A DNA stretch of 17,846 nt, taken from positions 1 through 17,846 of the forward strand of contig JAYOTF010000048.1 of NCBI GenBank assembly GCA_038150265.1. The letters are read 5' to 3'. Positions 7,956 through 14,582 of the stretch are shown here, piece after piece (within the stretch, counting starts at the first letter, position 1; the number at the start of each line of letters is the position of its first letter). The notes beneath the pieces are model-generated. The model did not search any database. It was given only the letters and a program-made list of their open reading frames with translations, and was not told the DNA's origin. A program made the translations under genes and the position numbers. Source of the DNA: Deltaproteobacteria bacterium (GTDB taxonomy: Bacteria; SAR324; NAC60-12).

Positions 7956-9446
7956 ATGATGGATCAAACAAGAAAAGCGCATCTGGCGAACATCACGGAC
8001 AAGTACGTGAAGGGTCAGATGAACCGACGGAATTTCATGAAGAATGCCGCCAAGCTCGGATTAGGAGTCGGCGCCATGGCCTATGGCATGGGAGGACGCC
8101 CCTTCCTGAAGACCGCCCAGGCAGCCGACCTCGAGCCCTCTGCCGAGGTCCTGAGCTGGCTCCGGGATGTCGGAAAGCCCTTCCGTGGCACCACCCTCAA
8201 GCTGGCCACTGAGTCCACGCCGCCATCCAACGCGATTGCGACCCAACTCAAGCAGTACTTTGAGGAAGCCTCCGGAATCAAGATCGAGATCGAAGTCCTC
8301 CCCCTGGAGCAGGTCCTGCAGAAGCTGACGCTGGACGTGGCCTCCAGCCTGGGCACCTACGACCTCTACTACATCGACCAAAGCTGGGCCGCCAGCTTCT
8401 CTCGGGACGTCTACGACCCGCGCGAGCAGTACGAAGGCAACGCGGACCTCGCCATGCCGAACTACAACCTCGACGACTTCCTCCCCGCCCTTGTGGACGG
8501 CATTGCCAAGTACGAAGACCGCTGGGTTGGGGTTCCGTATGACATCCCGATCTTCATCATGATCTACCGCAAGGACATCTATGAGAAGTTCGGCCTGACG
8601 GCGCCCACCACCCTGGAGCAGCTCTACCAGAACTCGAAGATCATCACCGATGAAATGGGTCCGAACATGTACGGAACCTCCGGCCAGATGAAGTCCGGAC
8701 ACTACAGCCTCGAGTGCGACTGGACCGCCTGGCTGTGGGGACACGGTGGCTCCATCTTTGGGCCAGACGGCAAGTTCACCGGAAACGATGCCCAGGGCCT
8801 TGCGGCGCTGGACTACTGGACCAAGCTCGAAAAGACCATGCCCCCTGGCGTACACGGTTGGACCTGGGACGGACAGGGCCAGTCGGTGGCACAAGGCGTG
8901 GCCGCCTCCATGCTCAGCTGGGGGGAGTTCTTCCCGTACTTCGATGACCCGAATGCCACCAAGGTGTCCGGACTCTGCGAGGCCGTGGTGCCTCCGCAGC
9001 CGATTGCGCTCCGGAACAGCTCTCAGACCGGATACGGTGAAATTCCGGGAGTCGGTCACCAGGGGGGAAGCTCCCTCGCCGTGTCTCGCTACTCCAAGAA
9101 TGTGGATGCCGCCTGGATCTTCATGCAGTGGGCCACCTGTGCCGACACGCAGGCCCTCATCACCACCCTCGGAGGCGGAACGGGCCCCACCCGGACCAGT
9201 GTCTATGACGATCCGCGCGTCAAGGCCAATGCCCGCGTCGGCGCTGGCACCACCCGGCACCTCGACGTGGTCCGCGAAACCATCGCCAACCACATGGGCT
9301 CCGAGCCCGACCTGCCCGAGTGGGCGGAAATCTCCAGCGACACCATCCCTGTGGCGCTTGGCAAGTACTTCGCAGGAGACTACTCCTCACCGAAGGCCCT
9401 CCTCGACGACATCCAGAAGCAAGTGGACGACATCGTTGAAGGCTAA
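7956..9446 (+). CDS. CUT1 ABC transporter solute-binding protein with twin-arginine (Tat) signal peptide
   Basis: MNRRNFMK twin-arginine motif, hydrophobic stretch and AQA cleavage site, no lipobox Cys. SBP_bac_1-type segments (GVPYDIPIFIMIYRKDI, APTTLEQ, AAWIFMQWAT). RBS AGAGG upstream. Confidence 0.93.
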   Translation: MMDQTRKAHLANITDKYVKGQMNRRNFMKNAAKLGLGVGAMAYGMGGRPFLKTAQAADLEPSAEVLSWLRDVGKPFRGTTLKLATESTPPSNAIATQLKQYFEEASGIKIEIEVLPLEQVLQKLTLDVASSLGTYDLYYIDQSWAASFSRDVYDPREQYEGNADLAMPNYNLDDFLPALVDGIAKYEDRWVGVPYDIPIFIMIYRKDIYEKFGLTAPTTLEQLYQNSKIITDEMGPNMYGTSGQMKSGHYSLECDWTAWLWGHGGSIFGPDGKFTGNDAQGLAALDYWTKLEKTMPPGVHGWTWDGQGQSVAQGVAASMLSWGEFFPYFDDPNATKVSGLCEAVVPPQPIALRNSSQTGYGEIPGVGHQGGSSLAVSRYSKNVDAAWIFMQWATCADTQALITTLGGGTGPTRTSVYDDPRVKANARVGAGTTRHLDVVRETIANHMGSEPDLPEWAEISSDTIPVALGKYFAGDYSSPKALLDDIQKQVDDIVEG

Positions 9447-9454
9447 TTGAACCC

Positions 9455-9490
9455 GGTCGCAGGCTTCGGTCTGCGACCTTCTTTTCTGTT
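9455..9490 (+). terminator. Intra-operon intrinsic terminator-like or mRNA-stabilising hairpin
   Basis: 10-bp stem GGTCGCAGGC-TTCG-GTCTGCGACC with a cUUCGg tetraloop, followed by TTCTTTTCTGTT, immediately before the RBS (AAAGGAGG) of the SDR gene. Confidence 0.75.
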
Positions 9491-9501
9491 AAAGGAGGAA
9501 C

Positions 9502-10227
9502 ATGGCACAAAAACCCCTCGTCGCCATCACCGGCGCCAGTTCCGGAATTGGAGAGGCCACGGCTCGCGCCTTCTCCGATGCAGGGCACCCGCTGCTCCTG
9601 ATGGCCCGGCGACTCGACCGCATGGAAGCCCTCAACCTGCCCAACACCCTCTGCAAGCAGGTCGATGTCCGGGACCGCGACGCCCTTGCCGCGGCAGTGG
9701 CTGAAGCTGAAGCCCTTTACGGCCCAACGGACCTGATGTTCTGCAACGCGGGCATTGCCCGACTCGGCGACATTGGCGCCCAGGATCCGGAGGACTGGGA
9801 TGAAATGATCGACATCAACATCCGGGGCGTGATGTACTCCGTCCATGCTGTCATGAAGGGCATGATGGACCGCCGGCACGGGACGCTGGTGATGATGAGC
9901 TCCATCGCCGGACGCAAGGTTTACCCCGATCACACCGTCTACTGTGGCACCAAGTTCTTTGTTCACGGCGTTTCCGAAAGCCTCCGCGAGTACCTATCGG
10001 AGTACGATGTCCGGGTGCTGGTTCTCTCGCCTGGCATCATTGAAACGGAGGTCCTCGACCATGTGAAGGACCCGCAGACGCTCGCCAACTACAAGGCCAA
10101 CAAGGTGGCCATTGGCGGAGGCATTTCGTCTGACTACGTGGCCCAGCTCATCCTCGATGCCTACCAACTGCCCCAAAACGCGCTGGTTCAGGAAATCTGT
10201 ATCACTCCGACCCGGCAGAAATACTGA
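9502..10227 (+). CDS. Classical short-chain dehydrogenase/reductase (YdfG-like, probably NADP-preferring)
   Basis: TGASSGIG, ARR basic residues after beta-2, NAG, catalytic Ser (MSS) and YCGTK (YxxxK). Strong RBS at 9491-9498. Confidence 0.92.
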   Translation: MAQKPLVAITGASSGIGEATARAFSDAGHPLLLMARRLDRMEALNLPNTLCKQVDVRDRDALAAAVAEAEALYGPTDLMFCNAGIARLGDIGAQDPEDWDEMIDINIRGVMYSVHAVMKGMMDRRHGTLVMMSSIAGRKVYPDHTVYCGTKFFVHGVSESLREYLSEYDVRVLVLSPGIIETEVLDHVKDPQTLANYKANKVAIGGGISSDYVAQLILDAYQLPQNALVQEICITPTRQKY

Positions 10228-10237
10228 ACAGAGCGTC

Positions 10238-11305
10238 ATGTCTACTGTAGAATTCCAGAGCATCTCCAAGTCCTTCGGCAGCACCCAGGTCCTCAACGAA
10301 ATCTCCTTCAAGATTGAGGACCACGAGTTTGTGGTCCTGCTGGGGCCTTCCGGTTGCGGCAAGACCACCCTCCTGCGCATGACGGCCGGGCTCGAAAGCG
10401 TCTCTGCCGGAGACCTCCTCATTGGCGGAGAGCGGGTCAACGACGTGCACCCGCGGGACCGGAACATTGCGATGGTGTTCCAGAACTACGCGCTCTATCC
10501 CACCATGCGGGTGGATGACAACATCGCCTTCAGCCTCACCATCAACAAGTCCCCGCTGGAGAAGATCCGGGAAAAGGTGGAGTGGGCTGCCGGCATCCTC
10601 AACCTCAAGCCCTACCTTCAGCGCTTCCCCAAGGAGCTGTCGGGCGGGCAACGCCAACGCGTGGCCATGGGACGAGCCATGGTCCGGGAAGCCGGTGTCT
10701 TCCTGTTTGACGAGCCCCTCTCCAACCTCGATGCGAAGCTCCGGGCACACATGCGCATGGAAATTCGCCAGCTGCATGACAAGCTGAAGACCACGACCAT
10801 CTATGTGACACACGACCAGATTGAAGCCATGACCATGGCCGACAAGATTGTCGTCATGAACTCCGGACGCATTGAGCAGATCGGCTCCCCCGATGAAGTC
10901 TATGAGCGCCCCGTCAGCATCTACGTGGCAGACTTCATTGGCTCGCCCTCGATGAACTTCCTCGAAGGCCACGTGGTTGCTGAAAACGGCGAGCCCTACT
11001 TCAGCTGCTCCGGCCTGCGAGTGCCCCTTGGCCCTGACGCTGCCCCCTTTGCCGGAAAACCCGTCATCGGCGGCCTCCGGCCCACGGAAATTGGCCTCAC
11101 CAAAAATCCACACTCCCCGGTTAAGATTGTCTACAAGGAACGAACCGGAGCCGATGTGAACCTGTTTTCAGAAGCCGAAGGGCAAGAAATCCGCATCAGT
11201 GTTCCCAAAGACACCGATCTGGACATTGGTGACACCGTTACCCTTGAGATTGACGCCAGCAAGCTCCACCTCTTTGATCCGGTGACGGAAGCACGCATCA
11301 ACTAA
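10238..11305 (+). CDS. CUT1 ABC transporter ATP-binding protein (MalK/UgpC-like)
   Basis: Walker A GPSGCGKT, VFQNYALYP, LSGGQRQR, FLFDEPLSNLDA, YVTHDQ, FIGSP and a C-terminal TOBE/OB region. Start moved from 10112 to ATG 10238 (MSTVEF), which removes the overlap with the SDR. Confidence 0.95.
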   Translation: MSTVEFQSISKSFGSTQVLNEISFKIEDHEFVVLLGPSGCGKTTLLRMTAGLESVSAGDLLIGGERVNDVHPRDRNIAMVFQNYALYPTMRVDDNIAFSLTINKSPLEKIREKVEWAAGILNLKPYLQRFPKELSGGQRQRVAMGRAMVREAGVFLFDEPLSNLDAKLRAHMRMEIRQLHDKLKTTTIYVTHDQIEAMTMADKIVVMNSGRIEQIGSPDEVYERPVSIYVADFIGSPSMNFLEGHVVAENGEPYFSCSGLRVPLGPDAAPFAGKPVIGGLRPTEIGLTKNPHSPVKIVYKERTGADVNLFSEAEGQEIRISVPKDTDLDIGDTVTLEIDASKLHLFDPVTEARIN

Positions 11306-11328
11306 CCCCATCACTCAGAAGGAGTTTC

Positions 11329-11988
11329 ATGACCAAAGCCGAAAAAGAGCTACGGCAAGAAATCATCAATCAGTGCCTGTGGATGAATGCCTCTGGGCTC
11401 AACCAGGGAACCTCCGGGAACATCTCGGCGCGGTACAAGGACGCGATGCTGATCACCCCGAGCGGCATTCCGTACGACCAGCTCAAGCCCGAAATGATGG
11501 CGTCCATGCCCCTCGAAGGGGAATACGGCAGCTGGGAAGGCCCCCTCAAGCCGTCCACCGAGTGGCGCTTTCACCTCGACATCATGAAGGCCCGAGACGA
11601 CGTCAACAGCGTGGTCCATACCCACTCGACCTTTGCCACCAGCATCGCCATTACCGGACGCGAGATCCCGGCCTGCCACTACATGATTGCCGCTGCCGGA
11701 GGTCCCACCATCCGGTGTGCCCCCTACGCTCGCTTTGGGACGGAGGCGCTCTCTCAAAATGCCCTGGACGCCCTGGAAGGACGCACCGGCTGCCTGCTTG
11801 CCAACCACGGCGTGATTGCCACCGGAAGCTCCCTTGCGAAAGCCATGTGGCTGGCGGTGGAAATCGAAACGCTCGCCAAGCAGTACTTCTACAGCGCACT
11901 CCTCGGAGGAGCCAACATCCTGACCGATGAGCAGATCGACGAGACCCTCAAGGGCATGGCGAACTACGGGCTCCAGGACCCCAAGTAA
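11329..11988 (+). CDS. fucA: Class II aldolase, L-fuculose-1-phosphate aldolase (FucA/Ald2-like)
   Basis: GTSGNIS, ITPSG, PSTEWRFH (catalytic Glu), HTH and NHG (Zn His triad), CHYMIAAAGG, and C-terminal NYG tyrosine tail as in FucA. RBS AAGGAG. The symbol reflects family, not proven substrate. Confidence 0.85.
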   Translation: MTKAEKELRQEIINQCLWMNASGLNQGTSGNISARYKDAMLITPSGIPYDQLKPEMMASMPLEGEYGSWEGPLKPSTEWRFHLDIMKARDDVNSVVHTHSTFATSIAITGREIPACHYMIAAAGGPTIRCAPYARFGTEALSQNALDALEGRTGCLLANHGVIATGSSLAKAMWLAVEIETLAKQYFYSALLGGANILTDEQIDETLKGMANYGLQDPK

Positions 11989-12000
11989 CCTCGATTTTGA

Positions 12001-12168
12001 ACACGCCTGATCCTGTCTCTCTCTCCTACTTGAAGGTTGAGGCGTGTGAAGTGGCACCCGGGGCTCCGGCTTCTGGTGCTGCCGCCCAGCGGACGGTGGC
12101 GACATAACATCCGCCTTCTTTCTCATGTCCTCTCCTGGGCAGGAACAGGTTCTCTCGGTTCCTGCCCA
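12001..12168 (+). other. Cluster of tandem hairpins in a 222-bp intra-operon spacer (candidate structured RNA)
   Basis: ACACGCCT/AGGCGTGT (12001-12047); GTGGCACCCGGGGC-TCCG-GCTTCTGGTGCTGC (from 12051, UNCG loop); GCCGCC/GGTGGC (12081-12100); GACAT/ATGTC; perfect 11-bp TGGGCAGGAAC/GTTCCTGCCCA (12136-12168). Confidence 0.55.
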
Positions 12169-12210
12169 ACCCAACGGGTCACCCTCAACTCATTCGCAGG
12201 CTCCGCGTCC

Positions 12211-13266
12211 ATGGCTTCCGAACTCCTTCCTCCTCAAACCGAGGAGTACTCACGCTTCCTCGCTCTTTCTGAAGAGCTGGGCAAAAACCTGCTGCTGGTT
12301 CAGGCGGCAGGCGGGAACACGTCTCTCAAGCACAGCGGGCACCTCTGGGTGAAGGCCTCTGGAACCTGGCTGGCGGATGCCACCTCCCGCGCCATCATGG
12401 TCCCAGTGGACCTCGTCGCCCTCCGGCAGGCGCTCGCTCAAAACGACGCCCGAGCCGAGCACCCCCAGAACTTCAGCCTGGGACCCGAAGGTGGGCTCCG
12501 TCCTTCCATTGAAACCGTGGTCCACGCCGTGATGCCTCAAAAGGTCGTCCTGCACGTCCACTGTGTCGAGACCATCGCCTGGGCCGTGCAGACCGAGGCC
12601 GAGGCCCTGCTGGCGGAACGCCTCGCTGGCGAAAACTGGGCCCTCATTCCGTACACGCGCCCCGGGCTTCCACTGGCGCAGGCCATTCAGCAACAGATGA
12701 CGCCCGAGACCCGGGTCCTCATCCTCGGCAACCACGGCCTGGTGGTCGCCGGTGACACCCTTGACGAAGCCCGCCAGCGGCTCTACTCCGTCCACCATCA
12801 GCTGGCCCGGCCTCGGCGTCCCGACTCAGCAGCCCCCGTGGCCGAGTTGCGCGAGGCGGCGGCCCACACCCCTTACCGCCTTGCCGAAGAATCCGTTCAC
12901 AGTTTGGCAATGGACCCGCTTTCCCTTAAACTGGGCGCCGACGGGTCGATGTATCCCGACCACGTCATCTTCCTCGGGTCCGGACTCTCTGTGCTTCCCA
13001 CAGGAGCCTCCTTCTCCGACTACCTCCAGCGGTTTGGCGACGCGCCGCCCAAAGCGGTGGTGCTGGAAAACACCGGGGTCCTCATTCATGAAGAGGCCCC
13101 CCGAGGCATCGACGAAATGCTGCTCGGCCTCAAGGAAATCACGGCTCGTCTGAACGCCCATGATGCGGTTCGGAAGCTGCAGGTCGACGAAGAGGCGGCT
13201 CTGCTGAATTGGGATGCCGAGAAGTACCGACAGCTGCTGGCCCAGCGCCAGGAACAGGTGGCCTGA
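12211..13266 (+). CDS. Class II aldolase/adducin-fold protein (resembles the N-terminal domain of bifunctional RhaD-SDR proteins)
   Basis: LVQAAGGNTSLK, LWVKASGTWL, LRPSIET..HA, VLHVH, ILGNHGL and YPDHVIFLG. Start placed at ATG 12211 (351 aa); the ORF-track extension to 12037 runs through the hairpins and is not homology-like. Confidence 0.85.
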   Translation: MASELLPPQTEEYSRFLALSEELGKNLLLVQAAGGNTSLKHSGHLWVKASGTWLADATSRAIMVPVDLVALRQALAQNDARAEHPQNFSLGPEGGLRPSIETVVHAVMPQKVVLHVHCVETIAWAVQTEAEALLAERLAGENWALIPYTRPGLPLAQAIQQQMTPETRVLILGNHGLVVAGDTLDEARQRLYSVHHQLARPRRPDSAAPVAELREAAAHTPYRLAEESVHSLAMDPLSLKLGADGSMYPDHVIFLGSGLSVLPTGASFSDYLQRFGDAPPKAVVLENTGVLIHEEAPRGIDEMLLGLKEITARLNAHDAVRKLQVDEEAALLNWDAEKYRQLLAQRQEQVA

Positions 13267-13289
13267 GCCTTTTTTGCTCCAAGCTCAAC

Positions 13290-14582
13290 ATGACCAACGC
13301 ACACGATTTTCTCTGTCTGGGCCTCGACTTTGGAACCTCCGGGGTCCGGGCCATTCTCCTGGATGCCGACCAGCAGGTGGTGGCTCAGCACAGCACCCCC
13401 ATGTCTGTCGGTGGCGCCAACCCACGTGCCCCGGAAGTGTGGTGGCAAACCCTGGAGCACACGCTCCGGGGCCTCCGTGCCGCTCACCCGGACGCCCTGA
13501 CACGGGTCCGGGCCCTGGCCATTGATGGCACTTCCGGAACCATGCTGCCGGTGAACGCTTCCGGGCAGCCGCTGGCCGAGGCCTTGATGTACAACGACCC
13601 CGTCACCAATCCGGACCTTCTGGACGCAATTGCTCGCGAAGCCCCCAAGGAAAGCGCCGCCCACGGGGCCACCTCCGGACTCGCCAAGCTCCTCCAGCTA
13701 CAGGGCACCCCAGACGTCCACAAGGTCCTGCATCAGGCAGATTGGGCCGCTGGGCGGCTGATGGGCGATTTCCGTTTCAGTGACGAAAACAACGCGCTCA
13801 AAACCGGATACGACCCCATCTCCCGAGCCTGGCCGGAGTGGCTGAGCCGCACGGCTGCACAGGTGGACCTGCTTCCGGAAGTGAAGGAACCCGGCTCGCC
13901 TCTTGGTCCCCTTGCCCCAGATTGGGCAGAAGCCTTTGGGCTTCCTCCCGAAACGCTGGTGGTGGCAGGTTCCACCGATGGCTGCGCCGCCTTTCTCGCT
14001 ACCGGCGCTTCTGAAGTCGGAGATGGCGTCACCTCGCTGGGCTCCACCCTTGTTGTCAAACTGCTCTGCGAAGCGCCCATCTTTGCGCCTGAGTTTGGCA
14101 TCTACAGCCACCGGCTTGGGTCCACCTGGCTCGCTGGCGGCGCGTCCAACACCGGAGGAGCCGTCCTCGCCCACTTCTTCAGCAACGAGGAGCTGGCGAC
14201 CCTTTCTCGCGCCCTTGACCCGGAGCATCCGACCGGGCTCGACTACTACCCGCTCCTGAAGCGCGGGGAACGCTTCCCCCTCAACGACCCCAACCTCGAC
14301 CCACGGCTCGACCCACGCCCGGAGGACGATCACCTCTTTCTGCAGGGCATGCTGGAGGGCATGGCTCGGATTGAGACCCTGGCGTATCGGCAACTGGCAC
14401 AACTGGGCGCGCCGGCGCTCCAATCCGTCCGGACGGTGGGCGGAGGCGCCAACAACCCGGGCTGGACCACGATCCGGCAGAGTGGCCTGCAGGTTCCGAT
14501 GCTCCCGGTTGCGTCCGAAGCCGCCGCTTCCGGAGCCGCCCGGCTTGCCTGGCAGGGGTGGTGGGCGTCCGGAGGCTCATGA
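13290..14582 (+). CDS. FGGY carbohydrate kinase, short SePSK/AtXK-1 (D-ribulokinase-like) subfamily
   Basis: LGLDFGTSGVR, IDGTSGT, LHQADW, SDENNALKTGYD, GSTDGCAAFLA, TSLGSTLVVK, GIYSHRL, WLAGGASNTGG and YYPL..RGERFP, which I recognise as signatures of the roughly 430-aa cyanobacterial/plant-type subfamily. Start placed at ATG 13290. Confidence 0.85.
   Translation: MTNAHDFLCLGLDFGTSGVRAILLDADQQVVAQHSTPMSVGGANPRAPEVWWQTLEHTLRGLRAAHPDALTRVRALAIDGTSGTMLPVNASGQPLAEALMYNDPVTNPDLLDAIAREAPKESAAHGATSGLAKLLQLQGTPDVHKVLHQADWAAGRLMGDFRFSDENNALKTGYDPISRAWPEWLSRTAAQVDLLPEVKEPGSPLGPLAPDWAEAFGLPPETLVVAGSTDGCAAFLATGASEVGDGVTSLGSTLVVKLLCEAPIFAPEFGIYSHRLGSTWLAGGASNTGGAVLAHFFSNEELATLSRALDPEHPTGLDYYPLLKRGERFPLNDPNLDPRLDPRPEDDHLFLQGMLEGMARIETLAYRQLAQLGAPALQSVRTVGGGANNPGWTTIRQSGLQVPMLPVASEAAASGAARLAWQGWWASGGS

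Noticed and set aside
8061..9293. Long antisense ORFs (410 aa here; also 1271-2182, 3960-4808, 5300-6106, 10202-11113, 14330-15379, 15517-16341)
   Set aside because: They lie opposite clearly recognisable genes and have no family motifs. Such shadow ORFs are expected from high-GC codon bias.
1274..11988. Lsr (AI-2) quorum-signal uptake system
   Set aside because: The regulator-kinase topology is similar, but the transporter is CUT1 rather than LsrACDB (CUT2), and there is no LsrF or LsrG.
11329..11988. Canonical L-fucose pathway, or the 5'-deoxyadenosine/MTA DHAP shunt (Ald2/DrdA)
   Set aside because: No fucI/fucU/fucO, and no MtnP/MtnK or MtnA homologue in the window. Only the aldolase family matches.
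12052..12068. sigma54 promoter (TGGCAC)
   Set aside because: There is no TTGC -12 element at the required spacing, and the sequence is better explained as a hairpin arm.
12037..12210. 58-aa N-terminal extension of the second aldolase (also the extensions at 10112, 13209, 14558, 15628 and 3798)
   Set aside because: These are artefacts of longest-ORF calling. They overlap upstream genes or hairpins, and family similarity starts at the downstream ATG.
14295..14317. Tandem 11-bp repeat CTCGACCCACG with 12-bp period
   Set aside because: It is in frame and encodes LDPR-LDPR within a proline-rich segment I recall as typical of this kinase subfamily. Two copies only; not a CRISPR or contingency repeat.
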